This document shows, piece after piece, positions 10,176 through 17,879 of a stretch of DNA of 64,000 nucleotides. The DNA is taken from assembly GCA_021731625.1 (NCBI GenBank), contig JAKFXC010000062.1:4479-68478 (forward strand), read 5' to 3'. The translations under genes and the position numbers were made by a program. Numbering within the stretch: position 1 is the first letter of the stretch; each line of letters starts with the position of its first letter. Source of the DNA: Candidatus Omnitrophota bacterium (GTDB lineage Bacteria > Omnitrophota > Gorgyraeia > Zapsychrales > Fredricksoniimonadaceae). The notes under the pieces were generated by a model. That model ran no database searches. It saw only the letters and a program-made list of their open reading frames with translations, and had not been told where the DNA came from.

Positions 10176-10875
10176 CAATGTCAGCATTGCCTTTGACCAT
10201 TATCAAAACCCGTCGGAAAAACTCATCATCATTGCCCCGGGTTTCTATAATAGCAAAGCTGCATTATTGCTTAAGGATTTGGCGCAGGCACTTGCCCCGG
10301 AGTATGATTGTATTGCTTTTGATTTCCGCGGGCACGGGCAGAGTGGGGGGGTGTTCTCTTGGGGGGCTAAGGAATATATGGACATGCAGGCGGTTTTGCA
10401 ATATGCTGCAAAAAGTTATGGCGCCATTGGCGTGATCGGGTTTTCTCTCGGCGCGGGCACCAGTTTGATCACTGCCGCGCGTTCGCAGCTCATCAAATCA
10501 GTCATTGCGGTCAGTGCGCCGTCGGATTTCGGAAAAATCGACTACCGTTTTTGGGAACTGGATTTTGAAAACGACATCCGTTACAGTCTTTTGAGCGAGG
10601 GCCGCATCGGCAAAGGGGCTAGGCCAGGGCCGTTTTGGTTGCCCAAGGAGAAGCCCTTGACGGCAGCGGCGCAATTGCGGGTCCCGGTGCTGTATATTCA
10701 TGGCACTCGGGATTGGGTCGTCAAACCATGGCATTCGCAGGCCTTGCTAGCCCAAACCGTTTCTAAAAAACGTCTGCAGGTCATCCAGGATGGCCCGCAT
10801 GCCGAATACTTACTGCGCCGCCATCGGGAGCAGTTGATCCGTTCAAGCCGGGAATGGTTTAAGGAAACTCTGTAG
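10075..10875 (+). CDS. Alpha/beta hydrolase fold protein (start ambiguous; overlaps M48 3' end by 100 nt)
   Basis: GFSLGAG nucleophile elbow; the conserved core begins near 10180 (IAFDHYQNPSEKLIIIAPGF); the HG...DW motifs are also present. Confidence 0.6.
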   Translation: MRRIGIGPRRRCNHSRQPCPKTLKTFASRSRSADNVSIAFDHYQNPSEKLIIIAPGFYNSKAALLLKDLAQALAPEYDCIAFDFRGHGQSGGVFSWGAKEYMDMQAVLQYAAKSYGAIGVIGFSLGAGTSLITAARSQLIKSVIAVSAPSDFGKIDYRFWELDFENDIRYSLLSEGRIGKGARPGPFWLPKEKPLTAAAQLRVPVLYIHGTRDWVVKPWHSQALLAQTVSKKRLQVIQDGPHAEYLLRRHREQLIRSSREWFKETL

Positions 10876-10877
10876 CA

Positions 10878-11756
10878 ATGCATGACCATCATCATTCAGA
10901 AAACAAAGCGAATATTGCCATCGCCTTTGGTCTGAATTTGGCGTTTGCCGTCATTGAATTTGTCGGCGGGTATTTGACCAACAGTCTGGCCGTTTTTGCC
11001 AACGCCTTGCACGATTTGGGCGATTCTTTTTCCATAGGACTTTCCTGGTATTTTGCCAAACTCTCCGAGCAAACCCCCACCAAACAATTTTCGTACGGCT
11101 TTAAACGTTTTTCATTGCTGGCGGCCTTCATCAACGGCATCATTTTACTGGTCGGGTCCTTGCTCATCCTATCCAAGGCCTTTCCGCGCGTCCTGCATCC
11201 TGAGCCCTCTCACCCGGGAGGCATGCTGGTGTTTGCCGTGATCGGGATTGCGGTCAACGCCTTGGCCATGCTGCGCCTACACCACGGCAAGACCATGAAC
11301 GAGAAAATGCTGGCCTGGCATTTTATCGAGGACATTCTGGGCTGGGTGGCCGTGCTTATTGCCGGAATCATCATGCTTTTTATAGATATTCCGGTGCTGG
11401 ACCCTATCCTTTCGATTTTGATCACCTGTTACGTGCTATGGAACGTTTTTAAGAATTTTAGAAAAACCATCGTGCTGTTCATGCAGGGCGTGCCCGAAGA
11501 GCTTAAAGTCGAGACCATTAACCAGAAAATGCGCTCGGTGGCCATGGTCCAAAGCATCCATGACACCCACATCTGGTCTTTAGACGGAGAGCATCATATT
11601 TTGACCGCGCATATCGTGGTAGAGTCGGCCTTGTCCAAAGAACAAATTTTGGCGGTCAAATGCCAGCTTAAGAAGATTTTATCCGGGCTGGGCATCCCGC
11701 ATGCTACCCTGGAAATTGAGTTGAAGGGCGAGGAATGTGCGGCGTGCGGGCTTTAA
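10878..11756 (+). CDS. Cation diffusion facilitator (CzcD/ZitB-type) divalent metal exporter
   Basis: N-terminal His-rich MHDHHHSE, six TM helices with HDLGDS and the A-site D motifs, and a C-terminal cytoplasmic domain. Confidence 0.85.
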   Translation: MHDHHHSENKANIAIAFGLNLAFAVIEFVGGYLTNSLAVFANALHDLGDSFSIGLSWYFAKLSEQTPTKQFSYGFKRFSLLAAFINGIILLVGSLLILSKAFPRVLHPEPSHPGGMLVFAVIGIAVNALAMLRLHHGKTMNEKMLAWHFIEDILGWVAVLIAGIIMLFIDIPVLDPILSILITCYVLWNVFKNFRKTIVLFMQGVPEELKVETINQKMRSVAMVQSIHDTHIWSLDGEHHILTAHIVVESALSKEQILAVKCQLKKILSGLGIPHATLEIELKGEECAACGL

Positions 11757-11820
11757 TGTTATTTTCATATTTTTTTAATGTGACGAAGGCTAGACTAACA
11801 TAATTAACTGGAGGTGGAAG

Positions 11821-12099
11821 ATGGCTAAATTTTTACTGCTAGGCAAATACTCTCTCGAAGGCATCAAAGGCATCAAATCGGAACGCACCAATAAAGCCGT
11901 GGTGGCCATTCAAAAATCCGGCGGCCGGGTCGATGCCATGTATGCCTTGTTGGGCGGTTTTGATTTGGCCTTGGTGGTTGACTTTCCAAGCAATATTGAT
12001 GCCCTCAAAGCTTCGATTGTCATCACCAAATTGACCGACATCGGCTTCACCACCTGTCCGGCCATTCCCGTCGAAGAGTTTGACAAAGTGTTGGGATGA
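11821..12099 (+). CDS. GYD domain protein
   Basis: MAKFLLLGKYSLEGIKGI is the diagnostic GYD start; ~92 aa; strong ggaggtgg RBS. Confidence 0.6.
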   Translation: MAKFLLLGKYSLEGIKGIKSERTNKAVVAIQKSGGRVDAMYALLGGFDLALVVDFPSNIDALKASIVITKLTDIGFTTCPAIPVEEFDKVLG

Positions 12100-12224
12100 C
12101 CGACGCCTCTATGCGCAAGAAGTTTAAAATATTGCACATTGAGGACAACCTGGCGGAAGTCAATTTGGTCCATCAGGCATTTGACTTATTCTTACGTGTT
12201 TACCTTCGGAATAAGTCAATGTGA
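12096..12224 (+). pseudogene. Truncated response-regulator receiver fragment (42 codons: KILHIEDNLAEVNLVHQAF...)
   Basis: It begins at the ATGA overlap with the GYD stop. It matches the N-terminus of REC domains (ILxVEDNxxD/E) but stops after ~40 aa. Confidence 0.3.
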
Positions 12225-12239
12225 TGTTCCGGTTTTTTT
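12181..12239 (+). terminator. Hairpin (11-bp perfect arms ttgacttattc/gaataagtcaa, 17-nt loop) followed at distance by a T7 run; weak terminator/attenuator candidate
   Basis: Seen in the sequence. The long loop and 13-nt gap to the T-tract make it atypical. Confidence 0.25.
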
Positions 12240-12330
12240 CTCCCGCCCGACTTAATATTGATTTAATCCTCCTTTAATCCGCAATTTTGTAGACTAACCT
12301 CAACCATCAATCAATTGACAACCATCGGAG

Positions 12331-12756
12331 GTGCCTATGTCATCTACAACTGTCAGTAAAATCATTGTCACGCTTATGTTCGGGTTCATAGCCTGCTTGG
12401 CCCACGCCACGAACACCAATGTGGGGCCGGTGGAAGGCAGAATCAAGGCTGTCTATTCCGATTTTATCACCATTGCGGTGCCGGACAGTGGGGCAAAATC
12501 CACCGATGCCAATATTGACAAAGGAGGGGATTTAAACTTTCGGATCAATTCCTCAGCGACGCTGTACAAGAATTTTAGCACATTGACGGATCTTAAAGAA
12601 GGTGATAAAGTAAGCATCGTCTACAGCGAGGAAAGAAATGGCAACATGGCTTCTATGATTACCAAGCTCGATTCCGCAGATGTGACGGCCGCCGGAATTG
12701 ACGCACCCTCGACAACGACAACCACCACGGTCACGACCACCACTTATCCGGGATAA
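12331..12756 (+). CDS. CusF-like periplasmic protein, paralog of 1908..2240, with Thr-rich C-terminal tail
   Basis: Signal peptide; the LTDLKEGDKVSIVYSEERNGNMASMI segment aligns with LRDIKTGDKVSVTPQENNENTASKI of the first copy. Confidence 0.5.
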   Translation: MPMSSTTVSKIIVTLMFGFIACLAHATNTNVGPVEGRIKAVYSDFITIAVPDSGAKSTDANIDKGGDLNFRINSSATLYKNFSTLTDLKEGDKVSIVYSEERNGNMASMITKLDSADVTAAGIDAPSTTTTTTVTTTTYPG

Positions 12757-12760
12757 CCTA

Positions 12761-13048
12761 ATGGCCCAAGCCTTTACGGCTGATAATGTCCAAGAACGCC
12801 TGAAGCAGCTCGACGGCTGGAAGTTGCAAAAGGACGGCAAGACCATTTACCGGGAATTTGCGGTCAAGAATTTTGTGGCGGCAGTGGACCTGATCAACCG
12901 CATTGCGCCTATTGCGGAAGGTTTAGGCCACCATCCGGACCTTCATCTTACCGGATACCGCCACTTGCGTGTGGAGCTCACCACCCATTCCACCGGTGGC
13001 CTTTCAGAAAAGGATTTCCTGGCAGCTGCCAAAATCAATGATCTTTAA
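12761..13048 (+). CDS. Pterin-4-alpha-carbinolamine dehydratase (PCD/DCoH)
   Basis: Canonical EGLGHHPDL...(hsTGGLS) motif; ~95 aa from ATG 12761. The ORF-track start at 12698 is an upstream extension. Confidence 0.8.
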   Translation: MAQAFTADNVQERLKQLDGWKLQKDGKTIYREFAVKNFVAAVDLINRIAPIAEGLGHHPDLHLTGYRHLRVELTTHSTGGLSEKDFLAAAKINDL

Positions 13049-13511
13049 GAAGCGTCTTCTCATCATCGACGACGAGCCATTGATCCCGAATTTATTGAAG
13101 GAAATCATTGAGGCAGACCAGGACCTGGAAATTGCCGGGGTGGCCACCAGAAAAACGGAGTTCTTGGCAATGATTTGGAAGGAAGCTTTTGATGCCCTCC
13201 TCATAGATCTTTCCATTGAGGAACGGGAAGGCGGACTGAAGTTGCTTTCTGCGTTGCAGAAAGAAAAGATAGTCATCCCATCCATTGTGTTCTCAGCCCA
13301 TGACGAACAGGATTACGCCCTCAAATGTTTAAAATTTGGGGCCAAAGGTTACATCAGCAAAAATTCTTTGGTCCCAGACCTGATCAGGGGAGTCAAAGAG
13401 GTATTAAACGGCAATTTGTTTGTGTCCGGTGAAAGCGGCAAGTACATCCTGGACCAGTATAAGCAGCACCACGCCAAAATCTATTACAATCCTCCGCCAT
13501 CGTCTTTTTAA
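13038..13511 (+). CDS. Single-domain response regulator (CheY-like receiver)
   Basis: LLIIDDEPL acidic pocket, phospho-acceptor LIDLS, and T/K (SIVFSAH...KGYISK) motifs. Start ATG 13038 overlaps the PCD stop. Confidence 0.75.
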   Translation: MIFKKRLLIIDDEPLIPNLLKEIIEADQDLEIAGVATRKTEFLAMIWKEAFDALLIDLSIEEREGGLKLLSALQKEKIVIPSIVFSAHDEQDYALKCLKFGAKGYISKNSLVPDLIRGVKEVLNGNLFVSGESGKYILDQYKQHHAKIYYNPPPSSF

Positions 13512-13541
13512 TTTAATTTTCACATTCTTTTAATCGCCACC

Positions 13542-15416
13542 GTGTTAAAAAATCACATGCCTGTACCACCTCCACAAGCGTCTAAACAGCTGGGAGCCAA
13601 GGTCTTGAAGCAGGGGGTGTTTTTTAAAGTGTGGGCCCCCAGATGCAAGCAGGTGGACGTGCTTATCGAACGGCAGCGGCTCTCGCCATTTCGCCTGCGG
13701 TCCCACGCCAATGGTTTTCACAGCGGGTTGTTCCCCGGCTTGGAAGCTGGCGCGTTGTACAAATTCCGTCTGAACCATAAGCATTCTTATCCCGATCCGG
13801 TTTCCCGTTACCAACCTGAAGGGCCGCACGGGCCCTCGATGGTCATTGACCCTACGAGCTATCGTTGGAAAGATCAATCCTGGCAAAGAAAGGGCATCCG
13901 CCTCCAGGGGCAGGTGTTTTATGAGGTCCACGTTGGGGCATTTACCGCTGAAGGGACTTTTGCGGCCATGGTCGACCAACTGGCCGCACTTAAAAAACTG
14001 GGCATCACCGCCATTGAGTTGATGCCGCTGGCCGAGTTTCCCGGGCGGTGGAACTGGGGATATGACGGGGTCAATTTATTTGCCCCTGCCCATGTGTATG
14101 GGGCCCCGGATGATCTGCGCCGGTTGGTGGATGCCGCCCACCGGCAGGGGATGGCGATGGTCCTGGACGTGGTGTACAACCATTTTGGTCCCGACGGAAA
14201 TTATTTAAAATTTTTTAGCCCCGATTATTTTACCAGGCGTTACAAGACCGACTGGGGGGAGGCGATCAATTTTGACGGCAAGAATGCCGCCCAGGTCAGA
14301 CAATTTTTTTTACAGAATGCCGCGTATTGGATCAAGGAGTTTCATTTTGACGGGCTGCGCCTGGATGCCACCCAGAATATTTATGACCAGGGCAAACCGC
14401 ATATCCTGGCGGAAATCACTAAAACCGTCCGGGCCGCGGCCTCCCCGAAGAAAGTTTTGCTGATTGGGGAAAACGAACCTCAGGAAGTCCGTTTGCTTAA
14501 ATCTCCCGCTCAAGGCGGTTATGGTTTGGATTCGCTATGGAATGATGATTTTCACCACACGGCGTATGTGCGCATGACCGGCCGTCGGGAAGCCTATTAC
14601 ACCGACTATCTGGGGCACGCGCAAGAATTCATTTCCATGGTCAAGCGGGGATTTATGTACCAGGGCCAATTTTATTCCTGGCAAAACCAACCCCGGGGAA
14701 CATATGTGGACGACCAAATCCCGGCCAGCGCTTTTACGGTCTATTTGGAAAATCATGACCAAGTGGCCAATAGTTTATACGGCCTGCGGATGGCTCATCA
14801 AACGGATATTGCGCTGTACCGCGCGCTGACCGCTTTGTTCCTTTTGGGCCCTCAGACGCCGCTGATTTTTATGGGCCAAGAATTTGCGGCCTCGACGCCG
14901 TTTTTATTTTTCACCGACCATGACAAAGAGCTGGGTCCCCTGGTGTTTAAAGGCCGCAAAGAATTCTTGTGCCAGTTTCCCAGCATTGCGGCCGCCGTGC
15001 ATAAGGTCCAGGACCCTCAGGACGCCAAGGCTTTCACGGCCTGCAAATTGAAATTCGAAGAACGCCGCACCCACAAAGAAATTTATGCTTTGCATGCCGA
15101 TTTATTAAAAATCCGTCGGGAAGACGATGTCATCAAGCGTCAAGATCATCAAGCCATCGAGGGCGCGGTCTTTACCCAGGATGCGTTTGTGCTGCGGTAT
15201 AAACATAAGGAGGCGCATCGCTTGCTGGTGGTGAATTTCGGCGACGATGTGCATTTTGTCCCTGTCTGTGAATCTTTATTGGCCCCGTTGCCGCACAGGC
15301 CCTGGGCGTTTCTTTGGTCCAGCGAAGACCCCAAGTACGGGGGCCGCGGCAAAATTCAAGCCCTGACACAGAAAGGGTGGTCTATTCCGGGCCGCTGCGC
15401 CCAATTGTATGGTTGA
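13542..15416 (+). CDS. treZ: Malto-oligosyltrehalose trehalohydrolase (GH13)
   Basis: GVFFKVWAP N-domain; GH13 regions GFHFDGLRLDA, GENEP and NHDQV; ~620 aa; adjacent to treY/treX. Confidence 0.85.
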   Translation: MLKNHMPVPPPQASKQLGAKVLKQGVFFKVWAPRCKQVDVLIERQRLSPFRLRSHANGFHSGLFPGLEAGALYKFRLNHKHSYPDPVSRYQPEGPHGPSMVIDPTSYRWKDQSWQRKGIRLQGQVFYEVHVGAFTAEGTFAAMVDQLAALKKLGITAIELMPLAEFPGRWNWGYDGVNLFAPAHVYGAPDDLRRLVDAAHRQGMAMVLDVVYNHFGPDGNYLKFFSPDYFTRRYKTDWGEAINFDGKNAAQVRQFFLQNAAYWIKEFHFDGLRLDATQNIYDQGKPHILAEITKTVRAAASPKKVLLIGENEPQEVRLLKSPAQGGYGLDSLWNDDFHHTAYVRMTGRREAYYTDYLGHAQEFISMVKRGFMYQGQFYSWQNQPRGTYVDDQIPASAFTVYLENHDQVANSLYGLRMAHQTDIALYRALTALFLLGPQTPLIFMGQEFAASTPFLFFTDHDKELGPLVFKGRKEFLCQFPSIAAAVHKVQDPQDAKAFTACKLKFEERRTHKEIYALHADLLKIRREDDVIKRQDHQAIEGAVFTQDAFVLRYKHKEAHRLLVVNFGDDVHFVPVCESLLAPLPHRPWAFLWSSEDPKYGGRGKIQALTQKGWSIPGRCAQLYG

Positions 15417-17394
15417 ACCCATCTTAAATATTCCCATCAATCCGGATGATTCCATAGAACGCTTAAGCTCCAGAGAGTGGTTAGTCACTAATGGTCTGGG
15501 CGGATACGCGTCGGGGACCATAATGGGACTCAACACCCGCCGGTATCATGGGCTGTTTGTCCCCAATTTGTCCGCCCCTTTGGGCCGCACCATGATGCTG
15601 CCGTTTCTGGCCGAAGACGTCCTTTTTGATCAGCAAAAAGTCGCCCTGGGCGCCATCGAATACAAGGATGGCCATATGGACAGCAAGGGCAAACAATTCC
15701 TGCGGGAGTTTCGCCTCGAGTGGCTCACACCTACCTGGATCTACGACTTTAACGGCCACATTTTGGAAAAAAGAATTTTTATGCCGTTTGCCAAAAATAC
15801 GGTTTATGCGTCCTACCGGTTAAGCGGGGGGAGAGGGCCTGTACGTTTGCAGTTGAGGCCGTATTGTTCCTGCCGTGTCCATGATGGATCCTTGGGTTAT
15901 CCTCCGGATTGGCCGTTCACCGTCAAGATTGAGAAAGAGCGCTATGAGATTTCAGCCTTCGAGGGGGCGCCAGCCTTACGGTTGTCGATCGATCCGTTCA
16001 AAGGATTTTTTGTGGCGGAAGGCGATTGGTTAAAAAATGTTTTTTACCGTCTAGAATTGCAGAGAGGCCTGGACTGCGTCGAGAATATTCATAGCCCCGG
16101 ATTTTTTTCTTTTGAGCTGGAGGACAATGCCGAGATGTTTTTTATGGCCAGCAACGAAGGTTGGGATTCTCTGGTCCGAGACCCGGCGGACATTTTTGAT
16201 GAGGAACTGAAACGGCGTAAAAATACCGTGGCCCAGGCCCAAGGCGTTGTTCATCACCACGTCACCAGCCAACTGGCCCTGGCTGCCGACCAATTCATTG
16301 CTTTGCCCCGCACCCGGGATGAAAAAAATGCCCGCACGGTCATGGCCGGTTACCATTGGTTTACCGACTGGGGTAGGGACACTATGATCAGTTTGGAAGG
16401 ATTGACATTGTGCACCGGCCGTAAGGCCGAGGCCCGGAAAATTTTGGAGACGTTTTCGCACTATGTGCGCAACGGGCTGTTACCCAACCATTTTCCCGAG
16501 GGGGAGACGCATCCTATTTATAACACGGCCGACGCCACTTTTTGGTTTTTTCACGCCATTGACCGCTATGTCCATTACACCCATGATCGGGGCATGGTGG
16601 AGCAGCTGTATCCCATTTTAGAATCTATCATTGATTGGCATGTGCAGGGGACCGATTTCGGGATATATATGGACCCTGCCGACGGTTTGATCCACGCCGG
16701 GACCGAAGGCCAGCAATTGACTTGGATGGATGCCAAAGTGGATGATTGGGTGGTCACTCCCCGCCGGGGAAAGCCGGTAGAAATTCAGGGTCTGTGGTTT
16801 AATGCCTTGCGGTTGATGGAAATGTGGAGCCAGTGGTTAGGCAAACCTTCGGATAAATACGCCCAGCTGGCCGAAAGAACGTTTGAGTCCTTTCATCGGA
16901 TTTTTTGGTACAAGGAGGGGGGTTATCTTTATGACGTGGTCAACGACCACCATGGCAATGATCACTCCCTGCGGCCGAACCAGATATTTGCGTTGTCATT
17001 GCATTTTCCGTTGCTGCACAAAGACCGTTGGAAAAATGTGGTGGATATCGTTGAAGAAAAATTGCTTACGCCCTTTGGGCTTCGGACCCTGGATGCGGGC
17101 CACAAAGATTACCATGCCCGTTATGAAGGTAACCGTTACCAGAGGGACGGCGCCTATCACCAGGGACTGGTCTGGGCCTGGTTGATCGGCCCTTTTCTGG
17201 ATGCCTGGGAAAAGGTCTACCATGACCCCAACAAGGCGCGGGAATTCTTCAAGGCCTTTGAAACACATTTGAAAGAAGCCGGCATTGGCACCGTTAGTGA
17301 AATCTTTGATGGGGATTGGCCTTATCTTCCCCGGGGATGCATGGCCCAGGCCTGGAGTGTGGCTGAGGTGCTGCGTTCCTTCTTGCGCCTTTAA
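15409..17394 (+). CDS. Glycogen debranching enzyme, amylo-alpha-1,6-glucosidase type (GDE N-domain + GDE_C six-hairpin)
   Basis: N-terminal TNGLGGYASGT...RRYHGLF (GDE_N_bis-like) and catalytic GYHWFTDWGRDTMISLEGL. Confidence 0.75.
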   Translation: MVEPILNIPINPDDSIERLSSREWLVTNGLGGYASGTIMGLNTRRYHGLFVPNLSAPLGRTMMLPFLAEDVLFDQQKVALGAIEYKDGHMDSKGKQFLREFRLEWLTPTWIYDFNGHILEKRIFMPFAKNTVYASYRLSGGRGPVRLQLRPYCSCRVHDGSLGYPPDWPFTVKIEKERYEISAFEGAPALRLSIDPFKGFFVAEGDWLKNVFYRLELQRGLDCVENIHSPGFFSFELEDNAEMFFMASNEGWDSLVRDPADIFDEELKRRKNTVAQAQGVVHHHVTSQLALAADQFIALPRTRDEKNARTVMAGYHWFTDWGRDTMISLEGLTLCTGRKAEARKILETFSHYVRNGLLPNHFPEGETHPIYNTADATFWFFHAIDRYVHYTHDRGMVEQLYPILESIIDWHVQGTDFGIYMDPADGLIHAGTEGQQLTWMDAKVDDWVVTPRRGKPVEIQGLWFNALRLMEMWSQWLGKPSDKYAQLAERTFESFHRIFWYKEGGYLYDVVNDHHGNDHSLRPNQIFALSLHFPLLHKDRWKNVVDIVEEKLLTPFGLRTLDAGHKDYHARYEGNRYQRDGAYHQGLVWAWLIGPFLDAWEKVYHDPNKAREFFKAFETHLKEAGIGTVSEIFDGDWPYLPRGCMAQAWSVAEVLRSFLRL

Positions 17395-17477
17395 TTTTTT
17401 CTTAATGCTGCATTCATTTCGGTTCACATAGAATAAAGGTCCAAGCATTTAAAATTAGTTAATTTAGGAGATGAATT

Positions 17478-17735
17478 ATGGCCGTTTTTAAGTCTATGGA
17501 CGGATCGCCTAAGGCCTTTCGCATCCTGCGTTTTTGTTATGTGGTTTTATCTTTGATTGCCGGATTGGACAAATTTTCTAATTCTTTGGTCAACTGGACC
17601 GCGTATTTGTCGCCGATCGTCAGCAGCAAGATGAATCCGTGTGCATTTATGAAGTTCGTGGGCGTCGTCGAAATCGCCTCCGGACTTTTGGCCATTGTCA
17701 ACCCCCGTAGTGCTGGTTATGTGATTGCCGCCTAG
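17478..17735 (+). CDS. DoxX-family membrane protein, interrupted by in-frame TAG at 17733-17735 (frame stays open to 17861)
   Basis: Two TM helices before the TAG. After it the frame continues LWGIILNLLTIPGYYD...LALANLARDHQHV without another stop for 41 codons, completing a typical ~127-aa DoxX. Confidence 0.5.
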   Translation: MAVFKSMDGSPKAFRILRFCYVVLSLIAGLDKFSNSLVNWTAYLSPIVSSKMNPCAFMKFVGVVEIASGLLAIVNPRSAGYVIAA

Positions 17736-17879
17736 CTTTGGGGGATCATCCTCAACCTTTTGACTATTCCCGGCTACTATGACGTCGCGGCGCGAGACTT
17801 TGCCTTGGCTCTGGGAGTGCTGGCCCTGGCCAATTTGGCCCGGGATCATCAACATGTTTAAATTGACTAAAGGGTCTAC

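Noticed and set aside
12698-12760. 21-codon N-terminal extension of the pterin dehydratase ORF
   Set aside because: It is a Pro/Arg-rich extension overlapping the cusF-like-2 3' end. The conserved PCD sequence starts at ATG 12761.
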